A stretch of 64,000 bases of DNA, from assembly GCF_001194135.2 (NCBI RefSeq), contig NC_068991.1, positions 1,392,283 to 1,456,282 of the forward strand, read 5' to 3'. The position numbers were made by a program, and so were the translations under genes. The DNA comes from Octopus bimaculoides. Its lineage: Eukaryota. Below, in pieces: positions 11,901-25,040 of this stretch. The notes under the pieces were generated by a model. That model had not been told where the DNA came from, did not search any database, and worked only from the letters and a program-made list of their open reading frames with translations. Within the stretch, counting starts at the first letter, position 1, and each line of letters begins with the position of its first letter.

Positions 11901-12224
11901 CAATTGGAAAAAACTGTACAATATTTATTCATATAATACATTGTTACTTAAAGTACCATTTTATACACAGAAATACTGCTGCGTATAGTACACGGAGTGA
12001 AAAGCAGGAGTGACGTACACTTTGGTTTGGAAAATGCCATAAACGCCAGGACAAAAATGACATAAAGAATAAAACCCACGAATATATTAGAGAAAAGGAG
12101 ACCCAGTTTAATGAGACTCAGTATAGCTTGTAATTTCTTAATAATTAGTGGATTAGTCAACGCACAACTTCACATGCAAATGAAGTAAAATGTTAAAAAG
12201 TTAGCTATAGACACTTTAGATTAA

Positions 12225-12443
12225 TATTGGTTTAAAATTTTTGGCATGAGGCCAGCAATTTCGGGGGAGGAGCTAAGCTGATTAGATCGACCCCATTATT
12301 TTACTGGTACTTATTTTATCGACTCCCGAAGGATGAAAAGCAAATTCGACCTCGGTGGAATTTGAACTGAGAACGTAAAAATTGACGAAATGACACTAAA
12401 CATTTTGCTCAGTATAATAATGATCCTACTTGCCGGCCGCCTT
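12225..12443 (-). mobile_element. tRNA-derived SINE family C, full length, diverged
   Basis: Minus strand: GGCGGCCGGCAAG ... CGTTCTCAGTTCAAATTCCACCGAGGTCGA ... GTCGATAAAATAAGTACCAG ... TTGCTGGCCTCATGCCAAAA. Confidence 0.9.
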
Positions 12444-13189
12444 TTTTTACTGGATTAATATCACATATTAGATTAACATTTATTAGATTAATACTTAATT
12501 CATAAAATAATGTAATACACGTTAAGTAATACTGTAGCCGTTTCAATAAGTTGTGGTTATACTGTGTTTGATAGCATGACAGACGCATTGGTATATGAGG
12601 CGTACCTCAATTTGAGCAGCGTGAGTTCACGGAAAAAGAATTTTAGTGCATTGAAGCATGTGATATCTAAAGCAGCTTTATATATAGGAAGCTGTCAGAG
12701 AAAGGTTTATATTTGCCAGGAATACAAAGTATATGGCTTTTACAAATACAAATCTATTATAAAAGAAGGGCTGCAAAAAAAAAAAAGATATCTTGCAAAG
12801 AATAAAAGTTAACTAATACAAATAAGCAGAAAATACGAACCAGAGAGAAGGTTATTTTGTGTCTTGAAGGAAATCAACAAGTATAAACGACAGATTGGAG
12901 TAAGTGACAGCTGGGAGAAACTCGGGAAAAACATCAACAGAAACTGTTTAAAAACTATAGAAAGAAGCTAAGCAGAAAATAGGATTACTGCAATTTTGTG
13001 TTAAGACGATGGCAAGAAAAGCAGCCAAGAGTTGACCGATAAATGAGAAATCAGAACAGAGCAGAGATGTATACAAAATAGGAAATTAAAAAGGCAGTGA
13101 TTGAGGAGACAAAGTTAAGAGCAAAGAGAATTATGGAAGAAGTCTAACTTCATGAGAAACTATGGCAACCTCTGAATAATGGCAGCTGC

Positions 13190-13265
13190 TAAACTGTGGG
13201 TTCCTTTAAACTATCACACGGACTGTTTGAAATAGCAGCCAAATTAATAAAATCAGGTTCTAAAA
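13190..13265 (+). mobile_element. Interspersed repeat family D fragment
   Basis: TTTGAAATAGCAGCCAAAT, shared with 21480, 22910, 25483, 26560. Confidence 0.55.
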
Positions 13266-13490
13266 AGAAGGCAGATCAGAACGTAAAATTGTAGAATTAT
13301 TTCGAGAAAGGCGATAATTACAAATTGGTTTTGATGATCGACCTGATTCAACAATGATGATCCGTAGCTGAATAACATTTCTATATTATATAAGTCTATG
13401 TATGCATCTGTTTGTGTATATGTGAGTGTATGCATATTTGCATGAATTCTATTCTGTTCACAGGCTAACTCGTCCTTTCGTTTTTTCGCC

Positions 13491-13535
13491 TAGGACAGCA
13501 TTAATTAGGACAGCATTAATTAGGACAGATTTAAT
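13491..13535. repeat. 3 x 15-bp tandem repeat TAGGACAGCATTAAT
   Basis: Units at 13491, 13506, 13521. Confidence 0.95.
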
Positions 13536-13545
13536 TACTATTGCT

Positions 13546-13653
13546 GGGGGTCCGGGCTATAGTAAAAGAGACTTACTCAAGGTGACGCGCATTGAGACGG
13601 AACCAGAAACAACGTGGTTGCAAAGCGAGCCTCTTATTCACACAACCATGCCT
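13546..13653 (-). mobile_element. SINE family A head fragment
   Basis: GGCTATAGTAAAAGAGACTTACTCAAGGTG ... GTGGTTGCAAAGC ... ACCATGCCT. Confidence 0.8.
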
Positions 13654-14585
13654 ACACACACATACACACACATACACACGCACACGCACACACACACACA
13701 CACACACACACGCACGTACACACATACACTCGTACACTTACACAGCCTCACACATGCACACCCATATATTTGTATAATTTCCTTAAAATTGCAAATCAAT
13801 ATAGAATCGTGAAAAGAGGCAGTTTCTGCAGCAGACCATAGCAAATAATGTCGTATTAATCACCAATGAATATATTCGATTAGAGACGAGATTCCTTTTG
13901 AGAGGCGGTATGGAGTAAACTAAATTAAGAAACGAGACTAAATAAAATAGAAATAAAAATCAGGAAATAATTTTGCAATAATTGAATGGAAGAGAAATAT
14001 AGACTCAGCAATTATGGGCAGACCATGTTTGTGTATTATCCAGGAGAATATGACTGACTGTGTGTGTGTGTGTGATGTTTACAAGAGTTTGTGTTTGTGT
14101 GCTCTGTGTGTGTGAGTGCGCGTATATATGTGTGTGTATATATATATATATATATATAACATATGTTTAGATATAGATAGATATGTATACATATGCGCGC
14201 GCGCACAACACACACACACACACACACACACATACACACACATACACATATATATATGCACACGCACACACAAGTGCATATATGTGTATCCGTTGATATA
14301 TATATATAGCGATGAACAGTCGTCTATATGCTATGCTGGATACACGGTGTTCGTTTGGTATGTTGATTCCCTGTTTGTTTCTATTTTTCTTGACCATATT
14401 ATACTGACGAGTAGAAGTTGTATAATACTACAAAAACTACGAAATCAAGATCTATAATTTAGTCCGTTTTTAAGGGGTTGGCTTTGAGAGTTGCATTTCC
14501 TCGCATTCGGTAAAAATGTGCTTTTTATAGTAGTCTGACCTTAGAGTCCCTCATGGCGTGAGGCGTAATTGTATAGTAATGCCCT

Positions 14586-14617
<32 letters not shown>

Positions 14618-15044
14618 CGCATATGTCTATGCATGTGTGTGTACTTATATTCCTTTATGCACTTATATTTGAGTATATATATATATATGTGTATATGCAT
14701 CCTTATACGTGTATACATGTTAATATTTACATATAAACACACACGCATATATATACATAACATTACCCTCTTAATAGAAACGAAAGGAAATGCTGCTCAA
14801 CAGACAGAGTTAATTACAATACTAACAGCACTGGATGAGCGAGGTCCCCAACGGTTGTTTACTGGGAGCTTGGCATTGTTGCTTCTCGTGAACTACATTC
14901 CATTTCTCATTTGTCCCCGTCGCTAAATATTTGACGAAAGTGAGACTTACAAAAATTCTATTTTTAACATTTAAATAAGCGGGCAGATATGAAACATGAC
15001 AAAAGCATTAGTCGTCAGAGAAATGGGGGTTTGTGAAGGGGGTT

Positions 15045-15470
15045 CGAGAGAAAGAGAGAGAGAAAGGAAGGAAAGAAAGAAAACGAATTTTGGAGGGAAA
15101 AAAAGATAAAGGACATGGCATGAACTGGATTAAATTTAATTGTTTTAAAGGGTCTCGTTTGATTGAAGTATTGATATGGGAAGGGAGGGGGGGGGAGAAA
15201 GCGAAAGGATAAGAAAGATGGATTGGGAGAGGGAGAGAAAGAGAAAGGCCGAGAGAGATAGTTAAGTAGAGGTATTCAGAGAGACGGAGGAGGAGTGGTG
15301 GATGAGGGGAGTGGAAGACTATAAAAGTGATTAGAAATGAGTGGAGAGGGGTGGTGGTGGAGAAACAAAGATTTAAGAGAGTGGAGGGGAGCTGGGATGA
15401 GCAGGATGTGTGAGTGATGGTTTATGAAGAGGAAAGAGAAAGTGAAGTAGACAGAAAGACGTACGAAGTG
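15045..15470. repeat. Long purine-rich (GA/GGA) low-complexity tract
   Basis: Plus strand strongly A/G biased; includes GGGAAGGGAGGGGGGGGG near 15178. Confidence 0.85.
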
Positions 15471-16166
15471 GGTGGGTAATTAAATGATGGCAGATGAGGG
15501 GCTGGAGAAAAAGTTCTAGTGAAACCTCTTTTGGTTAATAAATAGATAAATTCGTGAAAAATGGGAAACAACATGGAGTTGAAAAAAAAAAAGAAATAAA
15601 TGGGATTTCCGAGAGAAAAGAACAAAAATATATATATTGATCGATTGATAATTGAATAAATAATAATGAATAAAGATAGATGTAATGAGGCGAGGATAAA
15701 TGGGCAATAAATACGAAGGTGAAGAAATGAGTGTTAAAAATAAAATTGAAATGGCTAACGAACAAGAAAGAAATATAAAGTGAAGAATGGTAAATGCGAA
15801 ATGAACTACAAGAATAATAAAATAGGGTTCAACAAGGAATGTAAATAGCATAAAGGGGACAGAAGTACATCATTTCGATTGGATTGGCGTAAATATAAAC
15901 AACAATGGGTGGAACAGTAGAGCAGAATCCTGCAGTTTCATGCGTATATTCCGTAAAACACTTTTTGTATATATATATATATATATTTTTTCCAAAATGG
16001 AGGCGAACACCGTTCTCCTTGTGGTCGGTTTCAAAAATTGCTAAGACACTTGGATATCTCCCTACTTTTCTTAACATGAAACCAATGGTAGCCTTAATTC
16101 ACAAATAAAGAAATTATATCCACCAATGCGGTACGGAGCACTCATTTTCATCCTCCGACATTTATG

Positions 16167-16197
<31 letters not shown>

Positions 16198-16704
16198 AGA
16201 CGTGTGTGTGTGTGTGTGTACGTGTGTGTGTGTCTTTGTACAGAAAGCTTCATATGCGTCGTATTGTGTTGAAAACTTTTATCATCTGAGATCGTTCTTG
16301 CAATTAGAAGGCAATAATTTTGAACTATTTTAAAGGGACTTTTTATGCTCCAATGTAAAGGTAATATAAAATAATTGCAAAATAACCATTATTTTCTTCA
16401 ATCAGTTTTAAAAACAATAAAGTGTCTCCTATCTACATTGTTTTATTTTCCACTTTACATCTCAAAAGCAAAAAACTCCCTCTAGTCTATGTAATGTCTG
16501 AAAACAACAAAAAATTATAAGTGATAACTTCAATAAATTGATGACCGTCGAGATTCCAATAACTATAAAATAATCCACGTCTTTGAAAATATAATTTAAT
16601 GAGGGCGCCACGCGTTTGAGAGTCATCTTGTTCCAATATTCTTAGATCTTAAACGATATATTATCTGTACAGACTGATACAAACCTACACACACGCGAGC
16701 ACGC

Positions 16705-16930
16705 CAACAACACCGGTTGTCAAGCAGTAATGTGGAGGACATATAAAGACACACACACACACATCCGACGGGCTTCTTTCAGTTTCTGTCTATCAAATCC
16801 ACTCACAAGGTTTGGTCGGTCTGAGGCTATACTAGAAGACAGTTGCACAAGTCGCCACGCAGTGGGACTGAACCTGGAACCATGTGTAATTGGGAAGCAA
16901 CCTTCTTACCATAGTGCCACGCCTGCACCT
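16705..16930 (-). mobile_element. SINE family A, head and body
   Basis: CAACACCGGTTGTCAAGC ... CGACGGGCTTCTTTCAGTTTC ... GCCACGCCTGCACCT. Confidence 0.9.
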
Positions 16931-17875
16931 ATATCTATCTATCTATCTATCTATCTGTCTGTCGATCTATGTCTGTCTGGTCTGTCTAATGTGTGTGTGT
17001 GTGTGTGTGTGTGTGTGTTCGCGCGCGCGCGTAAAGTTAGTTTAGCGGTGTTTGATTACAGTTTATAACGCCTTCTCTATGGAAATGAAGCAGATGGGAA
17101 TGCACCCTTTTAATTAATGCATCCTTTTAATACATTCTACGAAGAGATTAACAAAATGTTAACTTTCCACAGTGAAGTCGCTGTGATCCGTAACTAAACA
17201 ACATAAGGCTTATCGTAGATTTTCTAATACACGTTGTTTATACATATAATGTTTATTGATTATACAGACATACAAGAATACACACACACACACACACGTA
17301 TATACACGTACACACACATACACTTGAATTTATGCATTAACCTATACAAACAAACACACACACACACACATATTCACACATTGTATAATCTCGAAGACAA
17401 TTGATTATTGACCAATTGTGTAAACATTGTAAACCTAGCACCGGCCTAGATAATTTAATAGTCAATATGTCCAGTAAAGCACCGAACTAAATTTTTTTTC
17501 ACAGTAAAATTGCCATCAAACACAACACCATCTTTGATGTATGTTCATTTATTCATTTGTTCTACTATATTTCTATATTTTGTTGTAAATTGGGAGGCTC
17601 ATTACGTCAATAAACACACGCACTGGTCCAAATTCACTTCTTTATTGTTAATCACTTGCTACTTGCCTAACCAACTAACTAATTGGTCACTTGTTTAATT
17701 AGTAAAACAATGTCAGTTTGTTACAGTCTTTTTGTCACTATTCTCTACCTCATCAATAACATATCCTCTCTCTTCCAGGCACGTTTCGAATGTGTGAATC
17801 AGTCCTGAGTCTATATAGTTGTTAACGTGCGGTGATTTATATTAGAAAGGAAGAGATAGATAGAAAGGAATGAAG

Positions 17876-17908
<33 letters not shown>

Positions 17909-18344
17909 TAAACATCGTGTAAGACTTAGCACGGTTAAAAGGTTAACGCCATCATCAGCGCACGCACGATGCATTGTTAAAGTAAGTAAGACTGAGCAGT
18001 TAAGCATCGTCGGAGTTTGTACACACAATATATAGCTATAAATTAATCGAAATGTTACAGTGCAGCCATTTTGACGGCGACCATTCGGCACCAAATTGTC
18101 TTCGCGACGGTCGTTTTAACACAGACAAATAACATGATTGAGTACTTAGTCAATAATTCATTTTCACGCATTGGAAGTTATAGTATATATATATATATAT
18201 GTGCATATACACATATACATGTATATACATACATATGCATATATGTATACACACACACATATATATATATATATAATGAAGCTTAACTTTGTTTACATAT
18301 TTACATAGGGCTTTGCGCTAGGAAATATGTTTGAGTAATTCAAT

Positions 18345-18386
<42 letters not shown>

Positions 18387-18588
18387 CACTCACATACATA
18401 TGTGTGTGTTGAACGTGTGTGTGTTCAACTGTATTTACGTAAAGTTGCCCTCAGGAGATTATATTCTATTAGCCCGGTATGATTCGCACATGCACCTTTA
18501 GGAATGGATTATTGAATTTATACAAGTTTTGTGTCTAGAATAACATGTATCAAGATCTCCATTATCCAACTGATTCCTCATTTTTCAG

Positions 18589-18619
18589 ACAGCAGAGCAT
18601 TATTTGGGTGCTATTTCTA
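18589..18619 (+). other. Candidate 31-nt micro-exon
   Basis: Acceptor CTGATTCCTCATTTTTCAG, donor GTAAGT; all three frames open. Confidence 0.2.
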
Positions 18620-18943
18620 GTAAGTCGATCTAACTAGTGTTTTTCCTCATTAACTTTTGTATACTGTGTGTCAAATTTAATGATGGTTTCAGGAACATTT
18701 CTTTGATCACAGGTTTATAACATACATTGGATGCTGGCAGCCATTAAACCTCATTACTGCCATCAGTGTCTGAGAGGTGGTGAGGTATTAGTCTGGTATT
18801 GTTTTTGTTTTTTTTTATCTTTAACGGATGCCGGAATTGTACCGAAAAGTCAATTTTGGCTGAGTCTGTGTTCAAAATACGCATGAAATTAATGAGCGCC
18901 ATAATATATATCCATATCCGTATCTCTCTGTGTCCCTCATATA

Positions 18944-19013
<70 letters not shown>

Positions 19014-19640
19014 AACATATTTAATATATATACTTTTACTCTTTTACTTGTTTCAGTCATTTGGCTGTGGCCATGATGGAGCACCACCTCAAAATACACG
19101 CACACACACACACACATCGTGGTTTGGTTGTTTGGTTTAGTCAGTGAAGACATGTAGGATACTAGAAGCGTTGCTTGCCTTTATGAGGTTACTCAGATCT
19201 GCAGTAATAAAAAAAATAATAAATAGAATTCTGAATGTTGTCTACGATGATAAAAAAACAACTGGCACACTGTTGGGGTGTTAGATGAACGACCAATATC
19301 TACTGCACTGATCTGTAGGAGAGAATTTTGACAAAGACTAGGAAATGTTCTACAAACAAAGGATTATTCCACAGAATATGCCTAACTCTTTTAGGCCCAA
19401 ACGACTTAGAAGATTCTTATGAGTCAATTTGACCGTACCTGTTTCTAGTGCAACGATTTACTGTTGGGCACAATAATGGTAAATCTCGAAATGCCCTACT
19501 CTGCGAGAGTTGTGGGAGGGTCTCATCCGAGTAGTGGAGCCGGGTAACCCAATTTGTTCTTTGAGTATTTTCCTATCATAGAAAATTTCAAACATTAGAA
19601 TGTGAAACAATACGCTATGCGGTATTTTCTCAGGCTCTCT

Positions 19641-19707
19641 ATCTCCTGAGTTCAACTCCTGCCGAAGTGGGCTTTTGTTTTCATCCCTTCAGGGTCGATA
19701 AAATAAC
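19641..19707 (+). mobile_element. SINE family C fragment
   Basis: CTGAGTTCAACTCCTGCCGAAGTGGGCTTTTGTTTTCATCCCTTCAGGGTCGATAAAATA. Confidence 0.8.
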
Positions 19708-20746
19708 GTTTCAGGCGTTTAAATCGAATGTTTACCAATCCTAAAATTTAAGAATGTGAGAAAATATCAATATTTACTATTAAAATCATCACCACTGCCG
19801 CCGCTACTACTACTACTACTACTACTATTGCTACTACTGCTGCTACTGCTGCTCTTTCAAGTGTGCTTCTATTGTTCCACAAGTTAGCGTTTTTGTTTGC
19901 TTCTCGTTATCATTTTTCTTGATCCCTTTGTGTGTTACACACAAACACACAGAAAGCATCACAAACACATACATTCATACACTAACACATACACAAACAC
20001 ACACACACACACACAAACACACACATGTGCTTTCATACACACATATACATACATACCAACACGCACATACCTACATACACCAGCGTATACACACACACAA
20101 ACACATCCAGCAACATATGCGCACAAACACACACATACATACAAAAAGACTTAAACCAACACACAGACACCAATGGACGGCGACTCCCACAAACCCATAC
20201 CAACGCATACACCCCCCCCCCCTTCTCTCGTTCTGTTCCCGCAGGCGTGCAATTTTTATGTACTCCGATCGGTTGAAAATGTGTAACACAACAAGGAATT
20301 ATTGTTAATGTGAATTGAGTTCGCACAATGACATTTTTATTCACTTACAATTGATGGATAATCTCATAGATTGCTCATTCAGATGTTTCCCATTGGAGCA
20401 AGGAATGTTCCATACCATATTCTAAAGTAGTTTGGAACGAGTTCTTGAAGACCTACAATCGTTTTCTTGTTGAAGCTATTAAGCCGATCATTTTCCGACT
20501 GGTTGCGCTTTAAATCAGTAATTGGTGACGTTGTTTTCAAAGTGTATTGTTCAAGAATTGTTATCAAGACCGAACCATTACAGAGAATCTCTTTCCGTTG
20601 ACCTCTGAGACTCGACTGATTTAATGTGTTCGTAGACAGCCGGGAAATTATCGAATAAGGATTTGCCTGCTTTATTGAGTCAGTTAAGCGTGCATACAGA
20701 TAATCCATCACTAGCTTATATTATGATTTAATTTAGACAAAACTAA

Positions 20747-20832
20747 GTGTCCGTTAGACGTAGAAGTTCGCTTCCAGACGACATGGTTCCAGGACCAGTG
20801 CCACAGCGTGGGACCTTGAGCAAGTGTCTTCT
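20747..20832 (+). mobile_element. SINE family A head fragment
   Basis: AGAAGTTCGCTTCC...ACATGGTTCCAGG...ACCTTGAGCAAGTGTCTTCT. Confidence 0.8.
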
Positions 20833-21589
20833 AAATTTGTGAGTATGGATACACTGATACCAGACATGTCTGTACATACAGAACATTGTTACTATAAGAA
20901 AGATAAATGAAATTCATGCTCCTGACTCAGAGATACATACTCTAGCCACTCGGATGCACGCATCACACAAACACTCGTGCTAAGCAACACATTTCTACAC
21001 ACATGGATTCTGCTGCTTATTTACTATTCTTTTTTTGTACATGTTCGACATCTCTACACCTCTTCTTCCGCCTCTCCTCTATCCCTCCCCAAACCACCTA
21101 TCTGCTTAAGTTCTAATCCCATTACTTCCGTGCTTCTCGTTTAACAAAATATAGAAATATCTTCTCACTTCCTCCACAAAGGACTCGTGCGCAAAATGTC
21201 AGGCAGCTGAAAATATTTCAGCTGAATATCTATTTTGGATTAATCGAGGTAAATAAAAGAGGGACAGGAAGCTAAAGTCAACCGGACTTTATTCATATTG
21301 GTTTTCTTAACGAATGTAAACACCAACAATATAATGCAAGACGGACGGGACTGTCACGGATGGAATAATGTTTGATTAAGGTTTGCTCGCTGTGAACTGA
21401 GGAATCTAAACCTAAACTAAACAGTAACAACAACAAAATTAATAACTTCAAAATAGTAATTAGCTACAACTTACTTCCGCTAGAAAGGGATGCTAAATCT
21501 TTCTGGAATCACCTTTTAACTCCCTTACAGAAAGGACACGCTAGACAATTTAGTTTTAGTACATTCATACCAAACATACAAGACCCAAT

Positions 21590-22090
21590 ACCACCACACC
21601 ACCACCACCAACAACAACAACACCGTTACTGCTGCTACTACTTCTTCATCCTCTACTACTACCAAAGCAAAATGCACGCTATCTACACTAATACAGTCAC
21701 GCTACATACTACACCATAAATTACACCATACGACCACTGCTACCTTCACCACAGCACCATCCCAAGAAATGAAATCCTCATCAGCGTCCCAACACCGCCA
21801 CCGCCACCACCTCTCTCCCCATCAGCACCACTATCCCCACCACAACAGCATCACCAAAAACAAAACCATTCCTAGCACCAGCATCACCAACACACCACCA
21901 CCATCATCGCCACCACGATTATCCAACCAGCAGCAGAACCACTGCCGCCACCACTGACATCCCCACCTCAATTACCACCGCCGCCACCACCACGTCTATC
22001 AGCAAACTCTATCAGCAAACATGACACAAGCACCATAGCTTGTATCTTTATCCTTCTCATCGTTGTGGTCGTTGTGGTCGTGCCATCGTC
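21590..22090. repeat. Cryptic (CAC/CAA/CAT)n trinucleotide low-complexity region
   Basis: About 500 bp of degenerate CAC/CAT/CAA triplets; longest ATG ORF only 62 aa. Confidence 0.85.
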
Positions 22091-22679
22091 GTCACCCTGG
22101 CTTGTTGCTTAAGCTCTCAACTTAGACGTTCAGTTCTCCGATCATGCGGAACGTGACGTCATCACTTAACATTAGGTTGTCGCGCTTCACTGTGTCTCCT
22201 CCCCCAGCTTAACATTATATTGTCTTGCTTCACTGCGTCTCATTCTCTACTTATTTTCCCTCCTGCTTCAGGAATCACGATCTCTGTTAATGTTAAGTTT
22301 TTCTTTCAGTAAACAATTGTATCTGTGTGTGCGTATTTCGGTATACATGTGTATGCTTTTGTATGTGTGTGTATGTATGTATGTGAAGTTCTCATTCATT
22401 TTCACTATCTATCTATCTATCGCGTCTTTCTCTTCCTGTTTTCGCTTAGCTTTTGCGCTAATGAGGGTCTTAAGAGCGATTTACATTTTTGTATGATATA
22501 AATGCTTTTTAGAAAGCTGGAGGGGTTTCAGCAGTAACCGGCGATCCTCCTCCGAAAATGCAGCAATAGCAATAACATAAACAACTTCTGATTTTAATTA
22601 TTATTGAAATGAAATCAATGTTAATTACTAAAATGAATCTTCTGCATGAATAAAGGAGAAGCATTAACAATAACGATCC

Positions 22680-23080
22680 GAAGGGACAGCCCCCTATATG
22701 GCGGCTAAGCTTGCAAGAAAAGGTAATAAAATATTCTTCCTTAAACTTCCTGTAAGCTTCTTGAAAACGACAGGGTGTACTGGATAATGCACAAGGAATG
22801 AGGGAAAGGCGGGAGGTTCAGGACTGGAGCGCTGTTGATTGCAAGTCTGATCGATTAGTGCTTACTTGACAGTAAGCAACAACAGTTGTAAGGATCCACA
22901 TATTCAATTTGCTAGAAATAGAAGCCTAATCACTCAGATGTCACACTTTAGTTTCTAATAAAAAGAGGGAAGACATTCAGGAGAATGTAGTCCTAAGGAT
23001 ACTAAAGAATTTTAAAGAGTTGGTCATCGATGGAACGCTTTGGATCGCAGGTCTGCTTGAACAAATACAACCTGATGTCT
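22680..23080 (+). mobile_element. Interspersed repeat family D, two nested or tandem copies
   Basis: GGGACAGCCCCCTATATGG... and TTTGCTAGAAATAGAAGCC heads; two tails of type GGAACGCTTTGGATCGCAGGTCTGCT. Confidence 0.6.
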
Positions 23081-24099
23081 AATAATAGCAACAAAACCTT
23101 CGACAAAAACACCCGGACCAATAAACATACACCTATGCAGCCATTCGACAACAAAGTGGTGTGGGCATGGTTGGAACGCATTTCATCATCTGCCTGCTGC
23201 ATCATGATTTAAATAGAGCTTAACAGTTGTAACAACGGTAACAACAATAGTTAGAAAAATACAACAACGAAAAGATATGCGACAACTTTAATAGTATTAA
23301 GAAGCAATCTTATGACGGAGTTTGCACGTCATTGAGTCTGACAGAAATAATGACTAAATCCCGCCTACCTCAAATCATTGTCTACTGTCTTAGAAAACAA
23401 CGCATTTGGTAAACCAGTAAAAGATAACCTATTCTTTATATTTATCACCCATTGGACAGCGGCCAAGTTAGAGCACACCTGAAACATTAGTCAATATCTT
23501 CCACTCCACTACTCATTTCAGTTTGATATTTATTTTATCGAAAACTGCTGAACGAATTTTTAAGCTTTGTGGGATGCAGCACTTTGCCAAATGACACCAC
23601 TAAACATAAACTTATAGATATATACAATGCGCTTGATGTTAGTCTAATGTTAGTCAGTGTCTTTATAATATAGGTGATGTTAGTTTTATTTTTATTTACC
23701 ATTATGTCGATAATTGATAATTATGTAGTGCTCTGCATTTTTGTAAATACCAGGGTCTGATGTAAACTGTACAAAAGGTGCCGAGTTCTTCTAAAGTAGT
23801 CACAGATTTTGTTCAAATTAAAAAAAACAGTTACCAAAAGTCTTTAACTATGTATCAATGTTTCCTAGTTATAGTTTCTGTTACTATGGAAACATTTTCC
23901 TGGTGTTTTGCGAAACAAGAACGTACTTGTGAAAATGCGAAAGCTAGAAAAAAAAAAAAAAAGTGAAAATCTGGCTTTAATAGAGTTTAATTGACTCAGA
24001 CACACGTATATAAACACATGCACTTGACAGACTTCTACAGAGTCTCTGTCCTGAAAATTCCAATCTGATGTCAACGTCATTGATTAGCTCTATTTCACC

Positions 24100-24182
24100 G
24101 CTGAAGATTCTTACGCAAGATACAACACCGTGCGATCGAACCCAAAACCACATGGTTGTACAACAGTCATCTAAACCACATA
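24100..24182 (-). mobile_element. SINE family A head fragment, diverged
   Basis: CGAACCCAAAACCACATGGTTG ... CTAAACCAC. Confidence 0.6.
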
Positions 24183-25040
24183 TTTGTTCTTGCGTTTATG
24201 TCTGAAAAAGCAAAAAAAGAAAAGAAATACAGGTTTTTGACGCCTGGAAAGCGTTTGATCTTACGGATTTTCGATCACAGCCAAACGCATCCCCGTCTCC
24301 ACCACCGACACCGACTAAAACAACGGCAAAATTAATATGAACGACCTCAGCAATAATATGAACGAGGTGAATTTTAAATAAGTATATTTAGATATGGAAG
24401 TGATTTATGTTGATAAACATATCAAGCGACGGTTTGGCATCAATGCAGTTATATGAAAATATAAATATTGTAAGTCAGCTAAAATGGCGGCAAGATAAAT
24501 ATTAAAACAATATGGCCGACGGAGATAAAATGAAAATGGATATTGTTTTTAGTGGGAATTGAGAACTCCCACGCCAGCAAATACTGACACGCAAACAGAC
24601 GTGTATACACAATTCCACATATGCACACATACATATACGTGTGCGCATGCAACCGTATGCACAGATATGAATATAACATCGTGTGTGTATGTGTATGTGT
24701 GTTTCCATGTGTGTACGTCTTCCTGTGTTTGCGCATTTCGCTGTTTGTGTGTCCACAAACGCGAGTATTTGCATTCTCTTTCTGCGTGAGTATGCTTCAG
24801 TGTTTGCGTGTATGAGTGAGTGAGATGTGAGGATATATTTGTATGTGATTATCTCCGTGCGTATGTGCATGTATATTAGAAGGTGAGTCTAGACAACATC
24901 ATCGCTTGTGTGTGTGTGTTTTATTAAATATTTAGAAGACAAACGAAAAATAATTATTGAACACGTGACTAGTGAAATAGATAAAAGTGAACGACTCGAC
25001 CATTCACAGCCGTCTTCAGATTATAAATCTTATTGATTAA

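Noticed and set aside
12840-13140. RTE-type LINE fragment (EIKKAVIEETKLRAKRIMEE)
   Set aside because: Purine-rich sequence gives K/E/R-rich peptides by chance; no diagnostic motif.
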